Assembly (NCBI RefSeq): GCF_009914755.1
Contig: NC_060928.1
From: the human T2T-CHM13v2.0 reference genome, Homo sapiens
DNA: 64,000 nt
Reading direction: 5' to 3' (one strand)
The position numbers and the translations under genes are program-made. The notes below the pieces were generated by a model. The model made no database searches. It was not told the DNA's origin and worked only from the letters and a program-made list of their open reading frames with translations. Shown here one piece after another: positions 27,992-41,059 of this stretch; position 1 is the stretch's first letter, and each line of letters starts with the position of its first letter.

Positions 27992-30077
27992 GATTCGACA
28001 GGGAGGTTGGGATGATTTCAGAGACATGACTTTCTAGAAAAGATGGACTAGAGACATTTGTGAGCTTGGTGAGGGAATATGAGAAGATGACCCAGGATCC
28101 TTTAGTAGAATCCTGCCCATATGATGAACAAGGGATGGCAAGAGGTAAACGCCACTGTCCTGACTATCAAGGACTATTAAGAGGTTGAGGGGTGAGAGGT
28201 GAGATTGAAACAAGCAGTGAGATTGGTGCTTCAAATGCTGTGCACTCTCCTCCAGTGGGAAGAAGAAAGGTTAAGGAGTCACAAAAGTTGATAACAGAGC
28301 TTTGGATGAAATGAAAACATTAGAAATTCATCTGGTTAAATCAAGAGTGTCTATTTCACATCTCTTGAACTTGAAAGAGCCTTGCTTTCTGGAACAGAGC
28401 TTCTCCTTCCCTCCATGGCCCTGATCCTTCCCTCCTGCTTTCCCTGACTTTAGCTCTGTTTCAAGTTCCATTTGATTGAAAGTAACCAAAACCCACAGGG
28501 CTTATGAGAAAAGCAGAGTTCATTGATTCACAAAGTTTGTAAAGGATAAGGTTAAATATGGTGACACAATAACTTAGAACTGGATCCTGATAGCTTTACA
28601 ATTATCTTCTTATCTCTCCTCTCTTATTTTAAATCCTAGATAACAGCTCCATTCTTTCATAATGGTTGGGGCCATGGTTATCAGTCCCATGTCTCACATC
28701 TTTAACATTTCACCATTAGAGCAATATTGAATTTTTAATTCTAGGTTGAGTTTGAAAAATTTCAAGGAAAAATGTTCATCAGGCCAATTTGCAACAAAGT
28801 TCAACCCACAGGATTAATCACCTTAGTTGAAGAGGCAAAAATATATGACCATCACGGTTTTAGTTTTATATCCATTCCTATGATCTGGGGCAGGACAACG
28901 AGCCATGATATTATAATAATATGCTAAGAATATTAGACATACAAAATGAATAGCCAATATTAATTGTTTCTTTAAATGATCTGCTTTATGGAATGTTAAT
29001 TTTTAAAATGACAAAATAATTAAATATTGTATAAATATATACACTTACAAAAGCACAATTTTTATAAAATAGAGAAGTATTGAAATTGAAGTAAACTTGT
29101 TACAGAATTATTTTAAAATATGAGTAGCTATTTGTATTCAAATACCAAAAAGATTTCTGATAAACACTGATTTTCTTCTTCAAACATGAAAGTCAAATCA
29201 CATATTAAAAATGAAAAGAAGTATTTCTGTGTTTATAATGATCTGATCTTACTCTTTGTGTAAATATATAAATATCAACATTCAGTTACCTAAAGGTAAT
29301 TATGCATCTAGTCTTTAAAAATGGAAATGGTGGGAATATCTTCATTATTTAAAAATTACTTTATATATCAAAAGGCAAAATTATGAGTTGAACAATTTTC
29401 TTAAGCATGGGTTATCATTACGGTAGGGCAAATTATCAAAATACTTTAATCAGATAAATCTTTCACTCACGATTATCAAATATGATTTTCCTTGCTGCAT
29501 ATCCATAGGCCCCAAAACCGAATACCATAATATCCACAGCAGTTTGGCTACCAGTGATACACACTAAGCTTTTCACATATTAATGTCTATTCCATGGGCA
29601 TTATTCCAATAAAATATTTAATAATTCAACCAATTTAAGTATTGTTTCTCCTCCCTCAGTATAGAAAATCCAGTTTGAAGGAGACATCAATTTATTTCTC
29701 ATAGAAAACAACATTCTATGGAATTAATAACTAAAGATATGAGAGAACGCATGCACACAGATGTGTATTAAAAATTAATGAGTGTTTGTAGACTCAAGAA
29801 ATATTAAACTTAATTTCAACTTTGTAGGCATAAGCATATGTCAGCATATGTCAATTTAAAAAATTGTCCAATTTGAGTTAATACAATATGGGCCAAAGAA
29901 ATAAAACAGAGAGGTCTAATACAGAATTAAGACAAATAAGAATTCTAAGACAGAAACCATCTTTTCAACCCTATTGACCAGCAGCCATGCCTGCCAGAGC
30001 ATGAGGCAAAATTTATTAGAATTGGTACTGAAGAACAAGAAAATCTATCCTCAACTATAATTTAAACAGACATCATG

Positions 30078-30356
30078 CTAGGACAAAAAACCAAACACCG
30101 CATGTTCTCACTCATAGGTGGGAATTGAACAATGAGAACACTTGGACACAGGAAGGGGAACATCACACACTGGGGCCTGCTGTGGGGTGGGGGGAGGGGG
30201 GAGGGATAGCATTAGGAGATATACCTAATGTAAATGACAAGTTAATGGGTGCAGCACACCAGCATGGCACATGTATACATATGTAACAAACCTGCACGTT
30301 GTGCACATGTACCCTAGAACTTAAAGTATAATAAAAAATATATATATATATAAAAT
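30078..30356 (+). mobile_element. L1PA (PA3-4-like) 5'-truncated 3' end with (TA)n tail
   Basis: Canonical L1PA 3' UTR with a G-rich tract. TSD AA(C/T)AGACATCATG at ~30065-30077 and 30358-30370. Confidence 0.92.
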
Positions 30357-31633
30357 GAATAGACATCATGAAGTAAGGAGAGTCCATAAAATAACAACCT
30401 TTTTAATTTTGATAGTTTAAATGTATATGTATAATATATATATGTACACACACATATAAGAGAGACAGAGAAAGAGAGACAAAGACACAGAGATATGTTT
30501 ATATCTTTTCTGAGAAAAGCAAAACTCTTCTCTCTATAATAGAATCTAGAGGGTAAGGAAGTTCCAGGATCTGGGAGCAAGAGCTATTGAAGTAGTCATA
30601 TAGTCAAAAAACAATCAATATGATTTTTCCAGCTTGAGGTAGCTTTGGTGTATTGTGTTCTTCAGTATTGTCCCTCATTAACTCATCCTGAAAAAGATAT
30701 TTTAGCCATTTCAGAGTTTCTAGGGTTTTGTATTTGTGTATATGTCTTGTGTATCTTGTGTGTCTTACTATGCATGAACTGAAGAGTTTTTGGAATAAAT
30801 AAGCTCTGAAATAGGATTAACTTTGTCATAACATACTGCCCTTACTTTCAGGAGGAAGAAGTTAAAGCTCCATGTTTTGCCCCAAAGGGAAAAGTGTTAA
30901 AACTGACCTTTGAGTAAGTATAATGGCATTTAGATTATTATATTATGATTAAAATGAACTCTAATTTCAGATGTATTATGAGACCCTGACCTTTTTCTAT
31001 ATTAGCAGTATAATGCTTTTAGAAATGGAAAATAATAGCTGTCTTGAGCTTGTAAGTGACTATCCAATATGAGATGTCAATTGCTCGCTCATTCTCTTTT
31101 CACCTGGGAGTACAGCTGGTAACACAGTCTTTATTGATCTCCTAGAAAGGCAATAGATGTAAGCACATCAAATACCTACTTGGCATTCCACTTATCTGGA
31201 ATGAAGAGTCATCTACAATGGCATATCTAATACTTAGAATACTATGTGCTTGATAGAATGTATAAGCTTTTATTAAATCAATTAATTAAGATGTACTTGT
31301 CCAAGCACATGCACATAAAATTAATATGTTCCTGCTCAAGTAGTTCGTAGAAGGCAAATAGGATTCTTTATATGCCATACAGAACACTAACTGCTGTCTG
31401 ATTTTAAGAAAACTTAGCAATTGCCCTAACATGTAAATTTTGAAAAGTGACCTCTTTATTAGGGCACAACCCTTCTAGGAGAGAATGTGTTGGAGACTAG
31501 CAGCAGGAGGTTGCTGTATATCCTCTTGCTCTCTTATCCCAGAGTCTCTGCTACTATAACAGAATAAGATCCTATAGCCCTTGGCTCTGTAACAAAAATT
31601 CCCCAATCTGCTTCATGGGTCCTGCATTTTCTT

Positions 31634-31711
31634 TTTGGGGGTTTGCAGGAGCCCAATAATAATACTTCTTGTTTGTTTGGAGTTTGCAGGAGCCCAGTAA
31701 ATAATAGTTCT
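31634..31711. repeat. Imperfect tandem duplication, ~41-bp unit x2
   Basis: GTTTGCAGGAGCCCA(A/G)TAA occurs at 31641 and 31682. Confidence 0.85.
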
Positions 31712-33224
31712 CTATCTTTTCTAAATTATGACATTGTTGTGACAAAAAATATTAAGTCAAGCAGGCATAAGAAAAGCAATCAAACATTTATTACTGATAA
31801 ATATAGTCTTGGAAGGTGTGGCTTTTTATCAGTAGGCACTTCCTGGAGAGTCAGGACTCTGCCATCCCATGCATAGAACAGGGCAAAATATATGTCCTTT
31901 ACAGCTAGTCTTGCACCCAAAAGAAAGAGAAAAAGAGACCAAATACCCAAGATATGCATACTCACTTCTCTTTCCAAAGTCACCAATCTGATCAAGGAAG
32001 AGTGAAGAGGGCAGAAAGAGGAGGGAGTGCTAGGCGAGATGAACTCCTTCCATGTGGAAGAAAACATCAGCAGAGAGAAAAATTTCTTCCACTTGCCCCC
32101 TACTAAGAGAGTTCCCCAGGTTTTCAATCCACTGTTCTCCTCCCTCCATGCTACTTTTCTGGGGTAGTCAGGGCTGGACCCATAGTTTTGCCTATTATAG
32201 CAATCAAACAATATACTTATAGCTATCAAACAATTACTTCCAAAGCTAGTTTCCAACATGAGTTTCAGATTCATGTATTTAAACGATGACATGATAACCT
32301 GATTTGGATTTTTTCATCAACATTTTAAACTAAATACATCCAGAATGACCATCCTCATGTGCCCTTAAAATATTTTGTCAATTTCCTTCTACTATTCTTG
32401 CCCTAATTCTAAATTTCACTACACAAACCAGAAATTTGAAGCAGGCTTGAGTCTTCCTTTTTCTCATGACATGCAGTGAACCACGTACAATTGATCTCAT
32501 AGCTCACGTATTTGCTAATCTTTATCCTCTTTTTATTCCTACTATTTAAACCTTTTGCTTTTTACTTAAAGGGAGCCAAGATAACTTTTGCACTTCTAGG
32601 CATCATATGAAGATGTCATGAAGAGTCAGAAACGGCTTTTAGCCAGGAGCAGAACAGAATGAAAATCATAGACATGCAGGATATGTAGAGTCTATTCACG
32701 AATTGGTCACTCGCTGATTAATTTTTGAAAATAAAATTTTCCAAGCATTTTTTGCTATTAAATAAAGTTGTTGGTTGAATAATATCTCAATTGTATTCCA
32801 GATTTAAGATGTTGGATTATCTGCAGGTAAAAGGCTTTGTAATTCCTGACAAAGTACAGTAGCAGAGGACAATGAAGCCAAAAATACAAGCAATGAGTCT
32901 AGAAGCGACCAGAACATGTTTTCTCACCTTCTCCATTTTTCTTACAGAACTATAGGATGATAACATTTAAAGGAAATTTAAAGTTCAGCCACCACAAGTA
33001 CTTGGCAGTTCTACCATATTCCTGACAAGAGATCATTCATTCAACGAATGCTTAAGTCCCTAGTGATAAAGGACTTAAATATTTCCTCCAATGAGAGAGT
33101 CTTACTGCTCCCAGTTTCTATCTGGTTGACTTATTTTGGGAACAACTTAGGAATCTTTCTTCTACATGAATAGTCACATAAATATTCCCATATATTAATA
33201 AAAACAGTTATTACACATCTATAT

Positions 33225-33860
33225 TGTTAGTTTTTTGAGGGACCTCTGTATCATTTTCCAGAATGGCTGTGCTAATTTACATTTACACCAACAGTGTATA
33301 AGATTCCCTTTTCTCCACACCCTCACCAAAACTTACTACCTTTTGCATTTTTGATAAAAGCCATTCTAACAGGTGAAATATGGTATTTCATTGTGGTCTT
33401 AATTTGTGTTTCTCTGATGATTAGCAATGTTGAGGATTTTTTCATGTATCCACTGGGCATTTGTATGTCTTCTTCATGAGAATGTGGGGAATCAAAAACA
33501 ATTTAACTAATAGAAGCAGAGAGTAGAATGATGTTTATAGAGGCTGCGGGTGGGAGAATGGAGAGATGATGCTCAAAAGGTACAAAATCCTAGACAAGAG
33601 GAACATGGTGTTTTTTCCCCCCTTTTTGGAGGTTCTATTGCCCAACTTGTTGAATATAGTTAATAGTAAGAGTGCTGTAAATTTCAAAATTGATAAGAGA
33701 GTAAGTTTCAAATGTTCTCATTACAGAAATGTTCCATATTTGAGGTGATGAATGTATTAACTAGTTTGATTTTTAATTATTTCACATCTTGTTGATTATT
33801 ACTTCACTTTGTATGCCATAAAAATTATATAATTATAAATGGTCGATTTTATAATAGGAA
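33225..33860 (+). mobile_element. L1MA with 5' inversion: antisense ORF2 end at 33225-33484, sense 3' UTR at 33485-33860
   Basis: Antisense GCCATTCTAACAGGTGAAATATGGTATTTCATTGTGG directly abuts sense GAAGCAGAGAGTAGAATG...GAGGTGATGAATGTATTAACTAG. Confidence 0.8.
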
Positions 33861-33972
33861 CAAAGTATCAACTGGAATGTCACAAAAAATAATTTAAAAA
33901 TAAAAAGAGTTCAGGCCCTTCCTGGGGCTTCTCTTTCTAATTTAAATGTCTCTTACTTTAAGATTTACACTT

Positions 33973-34216
33973 GGCAGGTCATGAGGTCAGGAGATCGAGA
34001 CCATCCTGGCTAGCATGGTAAAACCCCGTCTCTACTAAAAATACAAAAAAAATTAGCCAGGCGTGGTGCTGGGTGCCTGTAGTCCCAGCTACTCGGGAGG
34101 CTAAGGCAGGAGAATCCCTTGAAACTCCGGGAGGCGGAGTTTGCAGTGAGCCAAGATCATGCCACTGCACTCCAGCCTGGGGGACAGAGCGAGACTCCTC
34201 CTCAAAAAAAAAAAAA
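33973..34216 (+). mobile_element. AluY-like, 5'-truncated
   Basis: GAGATCGAGACCATCCTGGCTA motif. Imperfect TSD GATTT(A/C)CACTT. Confidence 0.9.
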
Positions 34217-34350
34217 TGATTTCCACTTATAAAGTAATTTTATATTTTCAGAAATACAATTTGCTATTTGGAAGTCTTTCATTTTATTTAGGTGTACATT
34301 AGGACATGGCAAAAAGAAAAACTTAATAATTTACAGTTCAGTTTGGTCTA

Positions 34351-34530
34351 CCCATCCATCCATCCATCCATCCATCCATCCATCCATCCTTCATCTATCC
34401 ACTCCATTCATGCACCTATCAGTCTATTTGTGTATTTTTTTCATTGTTCAACAAAATGTTTCAGATGTGTTATCAGATAGGTAAGTAGGTAGGTAGGTAG
34501 ATGATAGATGGATAGATAGATAGATGATAG
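34351..34530. repeat. (CCAT)n at 34351-34389 and (TAGG)n/(TAGA)n at 34476-34530
   Basis: Read directly from the sequence. Confidence 0.9.
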
Positions 34531-35064
34531 AAAAAAACAGAGAGCAGAGCAGGAGTGTCAACTCCTTTGTTATTTCATGTATTCTAAACAATAAATTTTA
34601 TGCTATTACTTCTATTAATTATACACAGAAAAGTCTGTACAGAAACTGAACGTCAAAAGCATTGTTCTCTGGCCATCTTCTTTAATAATCTAGCTGTCTC
34701 TATTCAACTTGTCACAAATCTATAAGGAAAACAAACTCCAAATGTATATATATACATACACACATGCTTATTCACATCTATCACCTATAGTCCTATCACA
34801 CATTGTGGCAAAGCCCATTCAATTGGTTTTGCTGCACATACATTTACATAAATTTTATTCTATTACTCGTGTAATATTATGCTGACTTTAAAATTATGTT
34901 TTTATTCTAAAATGTGTTTATTTTTAAAGCTAGCATTCATTGCAAATTTACAGTATACAAGATATAATCCACAAAAGTTGCGTGCCTTTTCAATGCTCGC
35001 ATAGTCTGTATGACACAGATAAGTATAGCTGATGTAAGAAGCAGCATATCATCATTGTTACCCC

Positions 35065-35335
35065 GAAATTTGGAGCCAAACTCCACTTTTCACTAGCTGT
35101 GTGACCCTGGGCAAGTTACATATCATGTCTGTTGCTTTCGTTTGTTCATAGGTAAAATAGAAAAATACTTCAAATGTTTGTGAAGATTAAATTGCTAGTA
35201 TATCTCAGAATACTTCAAATGCTTATGAATATCAAACTAGCTGGTATATCTAAATGAATATTATGAATACTAATATTTATATAAAGTAAATATTAAATTA
35301 GCTAGTATATCTAAACCCTGGCATATAGTTAGCTA
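35065..35335 (+). mobile_element. MIR with internal tandem duplications
   Basis: MIR core CACTAGCTGTGTGACCCTGGGCAAGTTAC. AATACTTCAAATG...GCT(A/G)GTATATCT is repeated at 35164 and 35209, with a partial third copy. Confidence 0.7.
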
Positions 35336-36263
35336 CATTAAAATAAATAAATGCTCTCAAGATTACACCATTACAAGGTAAGGGAGCTGGGAACCAGTTA
35401 AGATTAACTTATTTTTTTAAATGTTAAAGATATGGATAAATAAGCGAAGGGATTTCTAAAATAAAAAAAAAGTACCTTAAGCTGAATAATGAAATGTACC
35501 AATATGTTGATTTTTATTATAGTCAAATTTACAATCCAATCATACACACACTTTTCAAATCAACTTTTCCTCTGAAACCTTAGTATTTTGCTTAATTTAT
35601 AATTTACATGTTCTTTTTTTTCCTATATTCATTCTCAGTTGAAGGTAAGCCGGTGCCTACCAACACAGTTCCTCTTGTTCCAGCAGGGCTAGTATAATTA
35701 CCTACTCACATGCCACTGGAAATCTCGAGCTTCTAGCCGAGTTCGGTGAAACACAACCTTTCATCCAATTGATTCCATAGTACTACAATAAGGTCATCCT
35801 AACCATTGTCATTTCCTTTACTCGACATAAGTATACATGAAAATCTCTACTCCATATATTGCACTGCAAAGAAAGCTTTATTGCTTCAAAACTACTCATG
35901 TCACTTTATTTGTGGGAGCTACATACACCAGAATGCATTGCAAAAGACTTTTTTTTTCTGAACATAATTTATTCCCAGAAGAGCCTGGCTCTTAGAAGGT
36001 AAAATAATTTTGTTTAATAATCAATAAGAGTTTAATTCTGAAAATGGCTGGAGAAACTTTTTTGTAATGTTTAAGTCACTGACTGGGGAAGGGTGGGATA
36101 AACAGGTGGAGGGTAGCACTCTGCCCTACCCTAGTTCTCTGCAGATCCATCTGGGCTTTTCTACTCACTTTCACGAAGCTGGGCTGATTGTTTTCCAGGA
36201 ATGGGCATAGCATGGTGTGGTTCCCAGATTGTTCTTCCTATCCATCAACTTGAAATTAGTAAA

Positions 36264-36553
<290 letters not shown>

Positions 36554-37892
36554 AAAAGTTTTTCACAATTCTGGTTTTAGTGGTTTTTTTTTTTTTCCTA
36601 AGTCTTGGTTTTCCATATCACTGTGAATCTTGATCACTTCACATCTTTATAGGTATTTTAGCGGGAAGTCTGAAGAAGCTACCAAGAAGACATTTCAATA
36701 TGCACAATTCTAATTTAACATTAAGATGTTTTATTTCAGCAAAAATAATATATTCTGTCAGATTAATACCAATACCAGCTTATTTTGATGGATAGGTGCA
36801 TTATGCATGTAAAAGCAACTTTAATCTATAATAACAACATTAGATATCTTATTGATATGTTAGTAGACATTTTTTCTAGTATGGAAAAATCAGAGCACAA
36901 TAATATCAAAAGAATGTTGGAAGAGTTCTGATAGTGGAATATGGGAACCTGCATTTTTTTGAATTATACTAGATTTTTAAACGTTACACTTGAAAAAAAT
37001 TAAAAACAAGTAAAACAAATACTTTCACACAGAAATTATGAAACACTGGGATTAAAACTAAAGGCACTCTTTCACATGCCTTCCAGGGTGTTCCAACCCC
37101 ATGGGAAATGCCTGCGTCTCAAAATAATAAGAACACCTTGTGTGAGAGGTTGCCATGACAGCACATAGGGCAGCAGGTGCCCCATTGTTCTCTCTCTACA
37201 AAGACTTCACAGCAATTTCTCATCTCTCACTTAAAAGCTACTGACCAAGATGCTGCCTTGTACAGGGGCTAACTCTGTGTTCAATTGCATTAGCACTGGA
37301 AATCAGGAGAGCAAATGGTCAGCCACTGGATCCACAAACACAATTGAATTTGATCCAAATAATGTTGGCAGAGCTCAGTCACAAACTGTGAGGAAAGTGA
37401 CCAAAATTGCCACTTCACAATCTTGAAGAATATTTACGTAGAATACTTTTCTCACAATATTCGAATAAATGTCAACAGACACAGAGAGACTTCATTTGAA
37501 ACATGGAAATATAAGCATTATCTTTATCTTTAAAAATTAACATAGACATTTCAAATTATTTTCAAGTTTATGTATACAGACATTTGAACTTGAACACACA
37601 GTTTCTCTTCCTATGCCTTACCATCCAATACACTTTATCTTAGTCCTTGATAGAACCAACTGTGCAACTAGCCATTATTCATCAAAGTGAAGTCCAATGT
37701 TGAATTATTAGCAATTTGCCTAAATTGGGAGACATTAGGATAAAAAAGGGAATATTAGATAGATAAATATTAGTTAATAAATTTAGCAAAAATGAGAGAT
37801 TTATGAGGGTGAGCAGAGAGAAAGGAATAAATGACTACTATAAGAATAGAGGACTCTAGAATTCTTTATTATGCCAGTATTCTTTTTTTCTG

Positions 37893-38093
37893 CTCGCAAG
37901 TTTAAAAGTGTTTTATCCTTGCATGGGTACTGTTATCATGTAGAGACTCACAAGTTTAAAAGTGTTTTATCCTTGCATGGGTACTGTTATCATGTAGAGA
38001 TATTCAAATGATTTGGAAAGCAGACATATAAATTATTTAGAGGACGAACCCTGTCAAATGATTTGGAAAGTGGACATATAAATTCTTTAGAGG
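37893..38093. repeat. Two adjacent tandem duplications (54 bp x2; 50-bp period x~1.8)
   Basis: 37893-37946 equals 37947-38000 with one mismatch. TCAAATGATTTGGAAAG..GACATATAAATT.TTTAGAGG occurs at 38004 and 38054. Confidence 0.95.
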
Positions 38094-38522
38094 GGGCCCC
38101 AGAGCTCCCATGGAAGCTATCATGGACAGTAAGACCCTCACTCCAGCTTCCAATATTTGTAAGTTAATGATAATTTGGAAAAATAAAAGTCTGCTTTAAA
38201 AATTTTGAAAGTAAGTCTTTACTTACTTTCTACTCACTTATAGGGCTCACTTATGGGCTGTCTACTCACTTATAGTAAAATCAGAAATAAATACTTAATA
38301 TTCTGATTTCCCACACTCACTAAAATTACTAGATTTTTTGGAGAAACTGTGTTACATTATGGACATATGAGAATGAAATTGAGGTAGGTAGAAGAAGAGG
38401 GGTTTTGGGGTTCTTGTGTGTTTTTTTTAATATGTAAGGGCAATACTCTTTGATGAAGTTAAACAAATTTCAAGTATATTCATAAAAGTGCTGCAAATTA
38501 TTTTGTGTTTCATATAAAGAGT

Positions 38523-38708
38523 CAATGCTTTGTTGAATCTTTTTGGGATCATGGATCTCTTTGCTAATGTCATAAAATTTATAGATTGTATTCTATCAAA
38601 AAAACAGAATCATCAAGCAATTTTATATGTAATTTCATGGTTTCATAGCCTATGAAGCTCATCCATAAATTTCCCCTGAATTCTGTGATACCAGGTTAAG
38701 ATGTCCTG
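38523..38708. mobile_element. hAT-Charlie type MITE
   Basis: TTTTGGGATCATGGATCTCTTTG...GAAGCTCATCCAT...CCAGGTTAAGATGTCCTG resembles short Charlie derivatives. Confidence 0.5.
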
Positions 38709-39949
38709 TAATAGAACACATTTATAGCAAATAATTCAGAGTATTTCATTTGACCCACCAGTCCAAATCTGGGCAGCTGTTGTTGAGCCTACTCCCTGAC
38801 TCTTGTCTTACAAACATGTCCTCAATTCTTTCTCAATAATAGGCAAGAAATAGAAAACTGTTTATTGCCAATTGAACATATAGTTTGGTCAAAATGTCTG
38901 CTACTGAGTCCCTGGGTCTTCCTTCAAATTCCACTGAGCAGCCTCTTCTCTGCACTTACCAGAAAGCCATGGTTGTATCAGCATCCTATTTTCGTGGCCA
39001 GAACTATTTGGATTTTACCCTATTTGCGTAAGTTCAGCAATGTGAAGAGGAGCTAGAAGCAGAATCTCTCCTACCAAAATAATTATATCAGCTAGTAAAT
39101 TACCTCTAAACATTCTGTGGATGTTGACAAAAGACAAGAGACTACTGTCTCAGCCACAGTAGACTATCACTCAGGAAAAAACAGTAGCAAGAATATCAGC
39201 ATAGTCGCACGTGTTTTTTGTGTCCCAACTCCCACCTGATGATGCAGTGTGTCAGGGGAGCCAGTGTATGGACAGGGTTCACCACGGGAAAAAAAATGGG
39301 TTTATGAAATCCACTGTCATACATTTCCTAAATATTAATATGATACTAAGTGGTACGTTCTCCTGATGCATTATCTCACCTCTCAGGTTTTCATCTGCTT
39401 AAACAATCCTGAAAAGTGGCTTGTATGAAAGAAGCTGAGGTCATAGCTTTGCAATTTTTACACACTCAGAAAAAATGCATAGGAGTGTAAGAGGTTCATG
39501 GAAGACTGCCTCTTAATGATACCATGAAATAAAAACTGCTAATAGTTTGAAAAATTTTTGACAGCTCAAGCAAATGTTTGTATTATGTAAGAATACACAC
39601 TATAGTTTTTTGGCCTCCCCATGGAGTATCTCAATAGCCCAGCCTTTTCATGTAATCTTTACAGGAAGGATATCGACTCTATGCAGCTTATTTTAAGAAC
39701 TCAGGAATGGCATTACGTTGATGACATTCCCCCTTTCTCTAAGCTCTCAAGGCCTTACAGCTTCTCCCAACATTTGCATTACTCTGTGAACCAACATTTC
39801 CTAAGTGACCAATGCATACATAAAACAATCTATTCAAACTGCAAAATAGATCAACAAATTTTAATATACCTCATTTTAAAATATTACCTTATATGTTTTC
39901 ATATTACACATTAACTCTAAGCTGTAAATAATTACCACTTGTTTAGTTT

Positions 39950-40032
39950 TGCTGTGCATCAAAGAAACTCAGCCATAATTATCTGGTAAGGCTATTAAAA
40001 TACTCCTCTCTTTCCCAACTACCTATTTGTGA
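39950..40032 (+). mobile_element. hAT-Charlie transposase C-terminal fragment
   Basis: Translates to IKETQP*LSGKAIKILLSFPTTYL, resembling the Charlie/Buster dimerisation motif (KAIKILLPFPTTYLCE). Confidence 0.65.
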
Positions 40033-40110
40033 GGAAAATTTTAAAAGACCTAAATAAATGGAAAAATATATATTTCTGGATTCAAAAACCCAGTATTTTT
40101 AAGATATACA

Positions 40111-40401
40111 TTTTTTTTTTGAGACAGAGTCTCTCTTTGTCTCCCATGCAGGAGTTCAGTGGTATGATCTCAGCTCACTGCAATCTCTGCCTCTTGGGTT
40201 CAAGTAATTCTCATGCCTCAACCTCCTGAGTAGCTAGGATTACAGGTGTGCACCACCACGCCTGGTCAATTTTTGTATTTTTAGCAGATACAGAGTTTCA
40301 CCACATTAGCCAGTCTGATCTTGAACTCCTGACCTCAGGTAATTCACCCACCTCAGCCTCCCAAAGTGTTAGGATTACAGGTGTGAGCCACTGCACCTGG
40401 C
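40111..40401 (-). mobile_element. AluS (Sx-like)
   Basis: Antisense dimer. TSD-like GAT(AT)ACATTT. Confidence 0.9.
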
Positions 40402-41059
40402 TGATACATTTTATTTATATATTCTTATCATATAAATAAGATGAAAATTTAACACAATTCCAATCAGAATTGTTATCAGACTTTTTAAATAAAAGTTGAC
40501 AATCTAAATGGAACATTTCCATAGTAAAGCAAATCATCTAAAATAGTCAAAAAAATTTGAATAAAGAAAAATCTAAAGAATCTACACTATCATACTAAAA
40601 GATGTATTATAAAAAAAACAATTGAGCCATAGTAGTACTAGCATAAAAAACAGATCAATAAAAAAAGAGGACATAAATTAACACATATATGGTCAATAGA
40701 TTTTTAATAAATATATCATTAATTTTGTGAGAAAACGAGTCTTTTTTAAAAAATAAACAAAATGTTACAATTACTTCTAAAAGCATTTTGGAAGCTTTTT
40801 AAATATGGAAATGTAAGCATGAATTAACCATGTACTCAACTGACATTATCTGTACATTAAATATATACTAGTCATTTGAACTACAAATTCAAGGTATTTA
40901 CACAAGAGACATAAAAACTTATATCTAGACAAAAACTTATACATAAATATTCATAGAAGCTTTAGTAATATTTGCCAAAACTGGAAACTCCCCAAATATC
41001 CACCAATAGGTAAATAGATAAGCAAATTGTGATATATTCGTATATTAGAATATTGTTAA

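Noticed and set aside
30184-30205. G-quadruplex-forming tract
   Set aside because: This is the standard G-rich segment of the L1PA 3' UTR and is not locus-specific.
31735-32300. 170-aa minus-strand ORF or possible old LTR
   Set aside because: The translation has no recognisable domain. The region may be a degraded LTR, but I could not assign a family or boundaries.
37893-38093. Direct repeats as a CRISPR-like array
   Set aside because: Only two copies per unit, no unique spacers, eukaryotic context and no cas genes.
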